From NCBI GenBank assembly GCA_963828735.1, contig CAWHFW010000005.1, positions 1,408,001 to 1,472,000 of the forward strand: a DNA stretch of 64,000 nucleotides. The letters run 5' to 3'. Shown one piece after another: positions 19,012 through 32,154 of the stretch. The position numbers were made by a program, and so were the translations under genes. Position 1 is the stretch's first letter. Every line of letters starts with the position of its first letter. This DNA comes from an uncultured Gemmatimonadales bacterium (lineage in GTDB: Bacteria; Gemmatimonadota; Gemmatimonadetes; Gemmatimonadales; GWC2-71-9). Under the pieces are notes generated by a model. The model was not told where the DNA came from, did not search any database, and worked only from the letters and a program-made list of their open reading frames with translations.

Positions 19012-20124
19012 ATGAGCAAGGTGAAGACGGGCATCGTGATGATGAACCTCGGCGGCCCGGCCAATCTCGACGAGGTGGAACCCTTCCTGCTCGAGCTGTT
19101 TGCCGACCGCGAGATCATCAAGCTCCCCTTTCAGCGCTGGCTTGGCCCGTTCATCGCGCGGCGACGCGCCCCCAAGGTGCGTGGCCTGTACGAGAAGATC
19201 GGCGGCGGGTCACCCATTCTCCGCTACACCCGAGCCCAGGGCGAAGGCATGGTGGCGCGACTCGACCTGATCTCGCCCGAGACCGCTCCTCACGGCTTTT
19301 ACATCGCGTTCCGATACGTGCAGCCCAAGAGCGAGGATGCCCTCCGGGCCATGGCCCGGGACGGGGTCGAGCGGGCCGTCGCCTTCACGCAGTATCCCCA
19401 GTTCTCCTGCAGCACCACCGGGTCCAGCTTGAACGAGCTCTGGCGTGCCGCCGATCGCACGGGCCTGCGGGACGCCTTCGCATGGAGCATCATCGATCGC
19501 TGGCCCCTGCACGAGGGATTCGTCGCATCCATGGCCCAGACGATTCGCGAAGGCCTCGAGCAGTTCGAGCCGGCGGACCGCGACCGCGTCCTGGTCCTCT
19601 TCAGCGCGCACTCGCTTCCGCTCGACGTGATCGATCGTGGCGATGCCTACCCGCAGGAGATCGGCGCGAGCGTTCAGGCCGTGGTGGACCGGCTCGCGGC
19701 GCCGAACCCGTACCTCCTGGCGTACCAGTCGGAAGTCGGGCCGGTGCGATGGCTCGGGCCGAGCACGGAGCGGGTGATCCGGCGCCTCGGCGCGCGCGGC
19801 CAGAAACACCTTCTCGTGGTCCCGATCGCCTTCACCAGCGACCACATCGAGACGCTGTCAGAGCTCGATCGCGAGTACGGCGAGGTGGCTCATCGCGCGG
19901 GAATCACGCACTACAAGCGAACGCCCGCCCTGAACGACCGGACGCAGTTCATCGACGCCCTCGCGGACATCGTACGCGAACATCTCGCCTCGGGTCGGCC
20001 GTACGGGCGGTTGTATCGCACGCGCTGTCCGGGATGTGAGAACCCAGAGTGTCGGCAGATCCTGAGCCCCGTGACGGACGGGGCCCTGCCCGAGGCCCCG
20101 GTCGCGAGGACGCCCCGGGGCTGA
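19012..20124 (+). CDS. hemH: Protoporphyrin ferrochelatase, animal-like with putative [2Fe-2S] ligands
   Basis: NLGGP, GGGSP, YPQFSCSTTGSS, FSAHSLP, WLGPST, FTSDHIETL, C-terminal CPGCENPEC. Confidence 0.95.
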   Translation: MSKVKTGIVMMNLGGPANLDEVEPFLLELFADREIIKLPFQRWLGPFIARRRAPKVRGLYEKIGGGSPILRYTRAQGEGMVARLDLISPETAPHGFYIAFRYVQPKSEDALRAMARDGVERAVAFTQYPQFSCSTTGSSLNELWRAADRTGLRDAFAWSIIDRWPLHEGFVASMAQTIREGLEQFEPADRDRVLVLFSAHSLPLDVIDRGDAYPQEIGASVQAVVDRLAAPNPYLLAYQSEVGPVRWLGPSTERVIRRLGARGQKHLLVVPIAFTSDHIETLSELDREYGEVAHRAGITHYKRTPALNDRTQFIDALADIVREHLASGRPYGRLYRTRCPGCENPECRQILSPVTDGALPEAPVARTPRG

Positions 20125-20144
20125 TCGGGGGGAGGTCCAAGAAT

Positions 20145-20180
20145 GACAGCGGGGGCATGCGTCGGCATGCCCCCGCTGTC
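20145..20180. repeat. REP-like palindrome (copy C) between convergent hemH and hemA; possible bidirectional terminator
   Basis: GACAGCGGGGGCATGC-GTCG-GCATGCCCCCGCTGTC, perfect 16-bp stem. Confidence 0.8.
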
Positions 20181-20211
20181 CATTCCGAACGACTCCGACC
20201 GCGACGCCTGC

Positions 20212-21408
20212 CTACTCGTCCCGCAGGGATCGGCTCACCGGGTACAGCACCCGGCGCACCAGCCGCTCCGCCATCTGCTTCACGATAAGCCGCTCGCGCT
20301 CGGTCAGGTTCGCCAACTGGGCCAGCGCCCGGACGGCTTCCTGCTCCGCCACCTCCGCACCGCGGCGGTGCAACTCGGCCAGGCGCGGCGCCGCCGCCCG
20401 GCCACGGAGCTGCTGCTCCAAGCGAACGATTTCCTCGTCGAGCACGCACTCGGCATCATGCAGCGCGGCCGCGGGTGCCGCGGCGGCCGGGCAGCACAGC
20501 TGCTGCAGATCATCGAGGTCGAAGAGTCGCACCCCCGACAGCGCCCGCGACTCGGGTTCGACGTTGCGCGGGACCGACAAGTCCATCGTGATCAGCGGCG
20601 CCGGCCGCCCCGCGACCGCCGCGGCGAGCTCGGCGGCCGACAGGACCGGCCGCGCGGCGGCTGTGGCGACGAAGAGGAGCTCCGCGGACGGGAGGCGCTC
20701 GGCGAGTGTCTCCCAGCCGTGGGCCGACGCTCCCCAGGCTTCGGCGAGGACGCGAGCCCGCTCCGGATTCCGATTGACCAGTGCCACCCGAGTGGCGCGG
20801 CAGGCGTGCAACGCACGGAGCACGCCCTCCGCGGCTTCGCCCGCCCCCAGCACGACGACCGCCCGGTCCCCGATGCCGTCGGTCCACTCTCGAGCGGCGA
20901 CCTCGACGGCGGCCGAGCTCACCGAGGTGGGGTGCCGGCCCAGGGACGTCTCGTTGCGTACCCGGCGCCCCGTGGACAACGCGGCGGAGAAGATCGCGTC
21001 CATATCCCGGGTCGTCGTGCCAACGGCGCGCGCCGCATCATAGGCGCGGCGAACCTGGCCAAGGATTTCGGTCTCGCCCAGGATCTGCGAGTCGAGGCCC
21101 GCGGCAACTGTGAAGAGATGACGCACCGCCGCGACGTCGTCCTTGCGAACCAGGGCCTCCGAGAGGGTCGCGCCACGCGCGCGGGCGAGGTCCCGGAACC
21201 ACGACTCGTAGTCGTGCGACCCCGACCAATACAGCTCGAACCGATTGCAGGTGGAGAGGAGCAACGCGGACCGACCCGCTGCGCGTTCGCGCGTTAGCAG
21301 GTCGTCGAGCTCGGCGGGGGTGAACGCAAACTGCTCCCGTACGCCGACGGTGGCGGTGTGGTGGCTAAAGCCAACGACATGGAATGACAGATCTTGGAGC
21401 ACACCCAA
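20212..21408 (-). CDS. hemA: Glutamyl-tRNA reductase
   Basis: LSTCNRFE, GLDSQILGETEILGQVR, LGAGEAA, DLSVPRNVE. TTG 21408 or GTG 21402 start. Confidence 0.92.
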   Translation of the reverse strand: MGVLQDLSFHVVGFSHHTATVGVREQFAFTPAELDDLLTRERAAGRSALLLSTCNRFELYWSGSHDYESWFRDLARARGATLSEALVRKDDVAAVRHLFTVAAGLDSQILGETEILGQVRRAYDAARAVGTTTRDMDAIFSAALSTGRRVRNETSLGRHPTSVSSAAVEVAAREWTDGIGDRAVVVLGAGEAAEGVLRALHACRATRVALVNRNPERARVLAEAWGASAHGWETLAERLPSAELLFVATAAARPVLSAAELAAAVAGRPAPLITMDLSVPRNVEPESRALSGVRLFDLDDLQQLCCPAAAAPAAALHDAECVLDEEIVRLEQQLRGRAAAPRLAELHRRGAEVAEQEAVRALAQLANLTERERLIVKQMAERLVRRVLYPVSRSLRDE

Positions 21409-21459
21409 CCCTACAAGCCGGCTGGAAAGGCGACAATCCGCATCCGTGCGGACCCGCTC

Positions 21460-21475
21460 TCCGTAGAACTACGGA
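21460..21475. promoter_or_regulatory. Perfect 7-2-7 inverted repeat upstream of hemA (candidate NarL-family operator)
   Basis: TCCGTAG-AA-CTACGGA, 52-67 bp upstream of the hemA start. Confidence 0.55.
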
Positions 21476-21524
21476 AAACACCGTTTGAGGCCTGAGCTGC
21501 GCCTGGGGGTACTCGCGATCCAGG

Positions 21525-22451
21525 TCAGCGCTCGAGGATGGTGATGGGATGCGTGCGGGAGAAGAGGATCATGGCGTCCGCTGCCATGCGGATGGGAAAC
21601 CGCGACGGCCAGAACTCCAGGCTGTATCCCTCCTGCTCGACGTCGTACAATGGCTCGCGAACCGCGTCCAGCGTCGAATCCATGACCGCCGCGAAGTTGA
21701 CGCCGGGCCCCCTGGAGGCCAGGGCATCGAAGACGCGCGTTGCAGCGTGTCCCGCGTCCTGCAGTGCATCGGAGAGGATGGTGTACACCTCGAAGCCATC
21801 GTCGGCCAGATATCCCGCGAACCAGTGATCGAAGCGGTCGTGCGCCTTGCCGAGCTTCACCTCGCCACCGACGACCCTGAGCCCGTGGTAGCCCCCCATG
21901 AAAATCAGGGTCCGCCACTCCGGATGCTGCTCGAGCGCTTTGCGGAAGGCGGCGGCCATCCAAACGTCGCGATTCACGAAGCCACCGGTGGCCATGTGCT
22001 CGGTGAGCGAGGCGATGGGCCAGCCCCGGATGTCGGCCGCGAGCACGTGGACCGCGCGATCGGGGTGATCGGCATTCCACCGGTATACGGCCCGATAGAT
22101 GTCGAGGTACTCCACGCTGGCGCCCCAATGCGACCGTAGGGTGCGCGGGTTGTCGAGGAGAATCGTCGTGTCTTCGGGCACCGAGGCGAGGTAGTGGTCG
22201 ATGGCCTCCTGCTGTTCCGAGGCTACCTCGAGCGCCAGGAGATCGATCGACGCTCCGGGCGCCTGCTCCCGGATGAGACGCGCCAGCAGCAGCTTGGGCT
22301 CGGCGAGGGGATGGATGTCGCCCAGGAAGACGATGCGGTGCCGGCCGAGCGCGGACTGTGCGAACTCGAAAGGATCGTAGGTCTGGGCGCGAAGCGGGGA
22401 CGCGGCGATGGCAAGTGGGAGGAGAACCGAGCGGAGAACCCGTGAGCCCAT
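21525..22451 (-). CDS. Secreted EreA/ChaN-like fold protein
   Basis: Signal peptide (LRA-Q); IVFLGDIH, LLALE, FMGGYH motif pattern. Confidence 0.55.
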   Translation of the reverse strand: MGSRVLRSVLLPLAIAASPLRAQTYDPFEFAQSALGRHRIVFLGDIHPLAEPKLLLARLIREQAPGASIDLLALEVASEQQEAIDHYLASVPEDTTILLDNPRTLRSHWGASVEYLDIYRAVYRWNADHPDRAVHVLAADIRGWPIASLTEHMATGGFVNRDVWMAAAFRKALEQHPEWRTLIFMGGYHGLRVVGGEVKLGKAHDRFDHWFAGYLADDGFEVYTILSDALQDAGHAATRVFDALASRGPGVNFAAVMDSTLDAVREPLYDVEQEGYSLEFWPSRFPIRMAADAMILFSRTHPITILER

Positions 22452-22488
22452 GGTGAGGGTACCCGGTGGGGCGACGAAGGCTCCCGGA

Positions 22489-23591
<1,103 letters not shown>

Positions 23592-23595
<4 letters not shown>

Positions 23596-25022
23596 TCGCG
23601 GAACCGGTTCCGTCCGTCACTCTTCGCGCGGTACAGGTGGCTGTCCGCCAGGCGCAGCAGAGATTCGCCATCGGAGACCCGCTCGTCAGGGTACGAGGCG
23701 ATGCCGACGCTGATGGTCACGCGCACGGGTTTGCCCGGCTCGCCGAAGTCGTGGGTCGCGACCCGCCGCAGAATGCGCTCGGCGAAGTTCCGCGACTCGG
23801 CCGACGTGGTTTCGGGCAGCAGCACCACGAACTCCTCGCCGCCATACCGCGCGACGATGTCCACCGACCGCTGCTCGCGCTTGAGCAGGTTGGCCAGCTG
23901 CTTGAGCACTCGGTCGCCCACGAGGTGGCCGTGCGTGTCGTTGATCTGCTTGAAGTTGTCGATGTCGATCATCATCCCGGTGAGCATGGTGGCGTACCGG
24001 GCGGCGCGGTCCATCTCCTGCTCGAGCTTCTCCATCAGTGCGCGGCGGTTGAAGCAGTTGGTCAGCGGGTCGGTCTCCGCGAGGTGCCGCATCTGCTCCT
24101 GGCCCATGACCGCGTTCTCGAGGTCGTACGCCTTTTCGAGCGCCGACACCGCCGCGACGATCACCTGCTCGGAGAACTGGACGTCCTGCTCGTTGAGGGG
24201 CGCGTCCTCGGTCGTGGTTCTGAGGAAGAAGACGCCCGCCGGCTGGCCCCGAAGCGAGAATCTGAGGGCGATCGCGGACCGGGTCTGGACCGGCTGCGGC
24301 TCGTTGGACCAGCCGTTCCGGACGGCCTCGTAGAGGGGATCGGTCGTCGCGTCCCGAATCAGCACGACCTCGCCGCTGACGAGCGCGCGACGGATCTCGG
24401 GGTACTTGCCCAGGTCCACGGACAGGTTGCGGAGCATCGGGTCCTCGAATGCCGCGACGACGGTGCCGGTCTCGTCGTCGGGGCCCGCGACCACGATGGA
24501 ACAGCGGGAGATATTGAGCCCGTGCGCAACCCGCCGGACGAGGACCTGATAGATCTCCTCCGGCTTGAGCGAGGCCGTCATCTCCTGCATGATGTCCATC
24601 ATCTCCGACCGCGACCGCGCTTCCGCGCGGGCCTGGTTCAGCTCGCGGCCGACGCGGAGGTGGGCTTTCACCCGCGCCAGGAGCTCGCGCACGCGGAACG
24701 GCTTGGGAATGAAGTCGGCGGCGCCGAGGCCGAGCGAGCGCACGGTCGCCTCCTCCGGCGGCATCGACGAGATCATGAGGACCGGGAGGTCCTTGTAGCG
24801 ATGGTCGGACTTGACCTTCTGCAGGAGCTGGAGGCCGTCCACCTTGGGCATCATGATGTCGAGCAGGAGGAGGTCGAACGGCTCCGCTTCCAGATGGTCG
24901 AACAGGTGCTCACCTCCCGGTACGGTGAGCACGTCGTAGCCGTTCTCCTTGAGGATCCAGGACAGGGTGCGCGACAGCGCCTGGTCGTCGTCCGCGACGA
25001 GGATCTTCGGGGAGAGCGGCAT
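23592..25022 (-). CDS. Diguanylate cyclase (REC-GAF-GGDEF)
   Basis: ADDD/LLDIMMP/KPF receiver; DPLT, DIDNFKQINDTHGH, RSVD I-site, RYGGEEF. Confidence 0.92.
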
Positions 25023-26000
25023 TCAGCCTACCAGGCGTTGATAGAGGTCGGGGTCGACGTTGCCGCCGCTCACGACGGCGACCGTGGGCCCTTCGGGCCG
25101 CACACGGCCCGCGAGCAAGGCCGCCACGGCAACGGCGCCGGACGGCTCGGCGCGGAGGTCGGCGTGGTGGTGCAGATGTCGAACGGCCTCGGCGATGTCG
25201 TCCTCGGAAACGGTGACGGCCTCGCGCACGACTCGCCGGAGCAGATCGAAGGTGAGGGTCCCCACGGAGCGGGACAACAGGCCGTCGGCCATGCTGGCCG
25301 TCTGCTCGAGCGTGCGTGGAGCGCCAGCGGCCAGGGCGGCCGTCAGCTTGGCGGCGCCGGCGGGCTCGACCCCGATGACGCGCACCGAAGGCGCCAGCGC
25401 GGCCACCGCGACCGAGATGCCGGCGATGAGCCCGCCACCGCTCACGGGCACGAGGATGGTGCGCACGTCCGGCCGCTGCTCGAGGATCTCGAGGCCGATG
25501 GTGCCCTGTCCGGCGATGACGTCGGGGTGATCGAAGGGAGGGATGAGCGCGAGCTCCTCCTCGCGTGCGATCGCCTCGGCGCGGGCGCCCTGCTCCGCCG
25601 AGCGCGTCGCGCCGGCCAGGACCACTTCGCCGCCGTGCTGCCGAACGCCGTCGATCTTCACCTTCGGCGTGGACTCGGGCATCACGACGACGGCCCGGAG
25701 CCCGAAGCGCCGTGCGGCGAACGCCAGGGCCTGCCCGTGGTTCCCGCTCGACGCCGTGACCACGCCCCGGGCGCCGCCCCGGCCGACGAGCCGGGCGAGG
25801 GCGTGGTAGGCCCCGCGGATCTTGAAGGCGCCGATGGGCTGGAGCAGCTCGCACTTGAGAGCGACCGGGACGCCGACCCGCGCGGACAGCTCGGGCGCAT
25901 CGCGGAGGGGAGTACGCATCGCGACGCCGGCGAGCACGCGAGCGGCCGCTCGGACAGCGTCCAGCGTCACGGGAGAAGTCGGATCGGCGGTCTGCAGCAT
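25023..26000 (-). CDS. Threonine/serine dehydratase family (fold-type II PLP), no regulatory domain
   Basis: LQPIGAFKIRGA, SSGNH, PVSGGGL, SGGNVD. Confidence 0.88.
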   Translation of the reverse strand: MLQTADPTSPVTLDAVRAAARVLAGVAMRTPLRDAPELSARVGVPVALKCELLQPIGAFKIRGAYHALARLVGRGGARGVVTASSGNHGQALAFAARRFGLRAVVVMPESTPKVKIDGVRQHGGEVVLAGATRSAEQGARAEAIAREEELALIPPFDHPDVIAGQGTIGLEILEQRPDVRTILVPVSGGGLIAGISVAVAALAPSVRVIGVEPAGAAKLTAALAAGAPRTLEQTASMADGLLSRSVGTLTFDLLRRVVREAVTVSEDDIAEAVRHLHHHADLRAEPSGAVAVAALLAGRVRPEGPTVAVVSGGNVDPDLYQRLVG

Positions 26001-26021
26001 AGGATGTCCTGCTAAATGCGC

Positions 26022-26050
26022 CGGGGGGGCCGCTTAGGCAAGCCCCCCCG
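26022..26050 (-). terminator. Hairpin downstream of gyrA
   Basis: CGGGGGGGC...GCCCCCCCG 9-bp stem; weak U-tract. Confidence 0.45.
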
Positions 26051-26055
26051 CGCCG

Positions 26056-28554
<2,499 letters not shown>

Positions 28555-28710
28555 ATCGGTCGCTGGCTATTGGGAAAAGACCTGCGACCCCGGCGGAAGC
28601 CGAGGCCCCCAAATATACCCCGGAGGCGTTCCCGGACGCAACGGTCACAACCGCACGGAAGTGCCTGACGGATATGGGGTTAGGATGATGGCTAACAGCT
28701 CGAATGCGAA

Positions 28711-28797
28711 GTGATGCTGAGGGCGACGGAAGGGGGCATTGCCGGCAAGGCTTGCCCCCTTCGCTCGACTCCGGTGATTCGCGGCTCAGGACGTCAC
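28711..28797. repeat. REP-like palindrome (copy D) with outer arms
   Basis: GAAGGGGGCA...TGCCCCCTTC core flanked by GTGATGCTGAG / CTCAGGACGTCAC. Confidence 0.65.
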
Positions 28798-30485
28798 TGC
28801 TGACACGGCGCCTGGGGATCTGGCTTGGGCTTGTCGACGACGACGCGGTGGTCCAGATCCGCCACCTTGATCACCAGGGCATCCACGTACTGCACGACGC
28901 GGACGTACTTGTCGTAGTCGAGGAACTGGGCCTCGTCGGTCACCTGATGGTAGTCGCGGTGGGCGCCGGTGCTGAAGAAGACGATCGGGATGCCGTATCT
29001 GGCGTAGTTCGCGTGGTCGCTCCGGCAATAATACTGGTCGGGGTGACCGTTGGCATCGTATGCGTAGTTGAACGTGAAGCCGAACTTCCCGGCCACGTTC
29101 ACCTGCTCCGCGAGGGCGCCAAGCTCGGTGGAGAGCCGCCGCGATCCGAGGACCTCGAGGTAGCCCGGACCACCCGCGGCCACGTCGCCCGGATCGCCAC
29201 GGGCGATCATGTCGATGTTGATCTGCGCCACGATGGAGTCGCGTGGCACCGTCGGATGATCGGTGAACCAGTGGCTGCCCTGCAGGCCCGACTCCTCGCC
29301 CGTGTGCCAGACGAACAACAGCGACCGCTTGGGCTTGACGGCGCCGCGCGCCGCGGCTTCCGCGATCTCCAGCAGGCCCATGGATCCGGACCCGTCATCG
29401 TCCGCGCCGTTCACGATAGAGTCCACCCGCGCGGGATGCTGCTGGCGGAGACTGTCCACGATCGCCGTGATGCGCGCCGCTTCTGCCGCCGTCGGCTCGC
29501 GCGGCACGTCGTTGGCGCCGCGCGGGCGGATCACCGTGTTGTACGCGCGCAGGCTGTCGTGATCCACGGGCGGCACGATGCCGATCGCATCGTTGTGCGC
29601 GCCGAGGGCCACGTACTGTCCGCGAAGGGCGGGGTCCGAGCCTTCCAGCACGGCCACCACGTTGGTGGCGGGCAGCTCCGTTCCGGCGTACGTCACCTCG
29701 CCCTGAAGCGCCGGGCCCGTGTCGCCGGGACGTAAGGCGTCGAGCGGCTTGCCGAAGATCTTCTCCACCGACGCAGTCGGGATGAAGAGCATCCGCGGCT
29801 GCGTCGCCCCTGGCGGCGTGTAGGTCGCCTCCCTGATCTCTACCTTCGGGCCGCGCAGGTAGTCCGCGAACTGCGACAGCAGCGGATCGATCTCCGTCAC
29901 TCCGATCCCGGCGATGAGCCCGAGCGGGCCCTGGGGGCTCAGGTCGGGCGCACCGAGCGAGTTGCCCGAGGCGGAGCTCCGGAAGACGACCACCTTGCCC
30001 TTGAGCGCATCCCTGGACGGCAGCGATGCCGAGTCGGCCTTGGTGCCGATGTAGACCACCCGCGCCCCCGTGATGGGGCGGGCGGGCAGGGCAAAGGTCG
30101 GCTGGTAGGGATAGTAGTCCGCGAAGGGCACCAGCGACGCGGCTCCGGCGTGAAGCGTGGCCGAGGTTGAATCGAGCGCGTAACTCACGAGCGGCACACG
30201 TTGCAGGTAGCTGCCGTCGTCGCCCGCGGGCCGGAGCCCGAGCCGCGCGACCTCCGCGGCGATGTACGCGTTGCCGCGGACATTTCCGATCGTGCCCGCC
30301 CGGCGGCCCAACATCGAATCGTCCGCGAAGATCGAGATTCTCGCCTTGAGATCGGCCGCGGCTATGGTCGGTGTCGTGCCGCCCGAGGGGGCGGCGGGCT
30401 TGGCGGCGGCTTCTGGAGTTCGGCCGCCACCGCATGCGGCGGCGGCCGGCAGGAGGACGAGCGCGAGGGACCAGGACAGACGCAT
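28794..30485 (-). CDS. M28 family metallopeptidase lipoprotein
   Basis: Lipobox AAAC; GAHND, NGADDDGSG, GEESGLQGS, NIDMI, RSDH, DYHQVTD. Confidence 0.9.
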   Translation of the reverse strand: MRLSWSLALVLLPAAAACGGGRTPEAAAKPAAPSGGTTPTIAAADLKARISIFADDSMLGRRAGTIGNVRGNAYIAAEVARLGLRPAGDDGSYLQRVPLVSYALDSTSATLHAGAASLVPFADYYPYQPTFALPARPITGARVVYIGTKADSASLPSRDALKGKVVVFRSSASGNSLGAPDLSPQGPLGLIAGIGVTEIDPLLSQFADYLRGPKVEIREATYTPPGATQPRMLFIPTASVEKIFGKPLDALRPGDTGPALQGEVTYAGTELPATNVVAVLEGSDPALRGQYVALGAHNDAIGIVPPVDHDSLRAYNTVIRPRGANDVPREPTAAEAARITAIVDSLRQQHPARVDSIVNGADDDGSGSMGLLEIAEAAARGAVKPKRSLLFVWHTGEESGLQGSHWFTDHPTVPRDSIVAQINIDMIARGDPGDVAAGGPGYLEVLGSRRLSTELGALAEQVNVAGKFGFTFNYAYDANGHPDQYYCRSDHANYARYGIPIVFFSTGAHRDYHQVTDEAQFLDYDKYVRVVQYVDALVIKVADLDHRVVVDKPKPDPQAPCQQ

Positions 30486-30554
30486 GGGGGATCCGCCAGA
30501 GATGTGGGAAGCGAGTGGGTCGCCTCCCACTACCCCGGACGCCCCGAAATCGTT

Positions 30555-30830
30555 TCAGGCCGCCGCGTCTGCGACGCGCTCGGTCTCCCTGCGCAGCAGC
30601 ACCGTCCCCGCCCCCGCCCCCAGGACCGGCTCGCCTGCCGGCGCCACCACGCGACCGATCGGCCGGTCGCCTTCGAGCAGCACGTACACCATTGTCGGGT
30701 CCCGCTTCGCCAGTTGCACCATCGCCCGGTCCAGCCTTTCCGCATTGATTGAAGCGACCGGCCGTCCGGCCGCGTACCGTTCAGTGATCTCGGCCGGCTC
30801 GGGTCCCGCCGGGTCACCCCGTCGGGCCAC
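30555..30830 (-). CDS. Short hypothetical ORF, possibly a beta-propeller gene remnant
   Basis: VYVLLEGDRPIGRVVAPAGEPVLGAGAGTVLLRR resembles the C-terminal blade of the lipoproteins at 34411-36626. Confidence 0.3.
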   Translation of the reverse strand: MARRGDPAGPEPAEITERYAAGRPVASINAERLDRAMVQLAKRDPTMVYVLLEGDRPIGRVVAPAGEPVLGAGAGTVLLRRETERVADAAA

Positions 30831-30907
30831 GCCGGCGCCTCAGGATGACCGGTCCTTAGAGTCCCACGGCGGCCCCAGGGTTGCTTGGCCGGGGCCGGCC
30901 GTTCCGC

Positions 30908-30934
30908 GCAACCCTTTCTGCCGCCCCTGTGTCA
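30908..30934 (+). promoter_or_regulatory. Candidate ECF autoregulatory promoter
   Basis: GCAACC-N16-TGTCA immediately upstream of the ECF sigma gene. Confidence 0.5.
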
Positions 30935-30971
30935 GAGGGCCGGTGACTTGAACCTTCACGCGCCGGAGTCC

Positions 30972-31505
30972 GTGGACGACCGTGAACTGATCGGCCGAGT
31001 GCTTGCCGGCGACGCCCGGGCCGAGCGCGAGTTGTACGACGCGCACGTGGACCGCGTCTTCCGGCTGGTCTACCGCATGGTGGGCGACACCCATCGCGCC
31101 CAGGACTACACCCAGGAAGCATTCATCCGCGGCTTCCGGCGGCTGGCCGATTTCCGGGGAGAAAGCGCGCTGTCAACCTGGCTCTGCGCGATCGCGGTGT
31201 CGGTGACCCTGAACGGCCTTCGGAGCCTCAAGCGGGCCCGGGAGCGGGAAGTGACGCTGGACGAGGCACCCGCGATCGGCAGTCGGTCGGTGGAGGCCGA
31301 CCCGGACCTCAAGGTCCGACTATCGCGGGCGATCGACGGACTGCCGGAGGGGTACCGCACCGTGTTCGTGATGCACGACGTCGAGGGCTACACGCACGAG
31401 GAGATCGCGACGACGCTGGGCGTCCAGCCCGGCACCTCGAAGGCGCAGCTGTTCCGGGCGCGCGCCCGGCTGCGCGAAGCGCTCGCTGATTTCGCGAGGG
31501 ACTGA
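30972..31505 (+). CDS. ECF RNA polymerase sigma factor (alternative TTG start 30948)
   Basis: AQDYTQEAFIRG, FRGESALSTWL, VFVMHDVEGYTHEEIA, GTSKAQLFRAR. Confidence 0.93.
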   Translation: MDDRELIGRVLAGDARAERELYDAHVDRVFRLVYRMVGDTHRAQDYTQEAFIRGFRRLADFRGESALSTWLCAIAVSVTLNGLRSLKRAREREVTLDEAPAIGSRSVEADPDLKVRLSRAIDGLPEGYRTVFVMHDVEGYTHEEIATTLGVQPGTSKAQLFRARARLREALADFARD

Positions 31506-31506
31506 G

Positions 31507-32154
31507 ATGACGGACGACGATCCGCTGGACGAGACGATCCGCGCCACGGCACGCGAATACCACCGACCGCCCGATACGCCGCGCGAGGCGATGTGGCGGG
31601 AGATCGAGCAGTCGCGCCGGCTCGACCGTGCCCGGCGGCCCGCGCCCAGGCGCTGGCGACCGTGGGGCGCCGCGGCAGCGGCCGCCGCGGTGCTGGCGAT
31701 GGGGATCGGGATCGGGCGGCTGTGGCAGCCGACCGTTCCACGAGAGACCGCGCCTGGCGCGGTCGCGAGCGGCCCGCCGTCCACCGCGCCGCGCGTGAAC
31801 GGGACCGCCTATCGCCTCGCAGCGGTCGAGCATCTGGGACAGGCGGAGGCGTTCCTCACCCTGTTCCGCGCGTCGGTCCGAACGGGCACCCAGGAGCGCC
31901 TCGCTTCGGCGACCGCTCGGCAGCTTCTGGCCAACAATCGGCTGCTGCTGGACTCGCCGGCGGGGCAGGACCGGAAGACCCGCCTGATCCTCGAGGATCT
32001 CGAGCTGGTGCTGGCCGAAATCGCCCAGCTCTCACCGGAGGCCAGCGCGGGCGACCGCGAGCTGATTCGTGAAGGCATGGAGCGAGGCGGGGTGCTCTCC
32101 CGTCTCCGGACGGTGGTGCCGGCCGGCACCCCCCCAACCCGAGGTGAATTGTGA
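31507..32154 (+). CDS. Putative single-pass membrane anti-sigma factor
   Basis: Starts 1 bp after the sigma stop; short cytoplasmic N-terminus (PREAMWREI), one TM helix, helical C-terminal domain. Confidence 0.65.
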   Translation: MTDDDPLDETIRATAREYHRPPDTPREAMWREIEQSRRLDRARRPAPRRWRPWGAAAAAAAVLAMGIGIGRLWQPTVPRETAPGAVASGPPSTAPRVNGTAYRLAAVEHLGQAEAFLTLFRASVRTGTQERLASATARQLLANNRLLLDSPAGQDRKTRLILEDLELVLAEIAQLSPEASAGDRELIREGMERGGVLSRLRTVVPAGTPPTRGEL

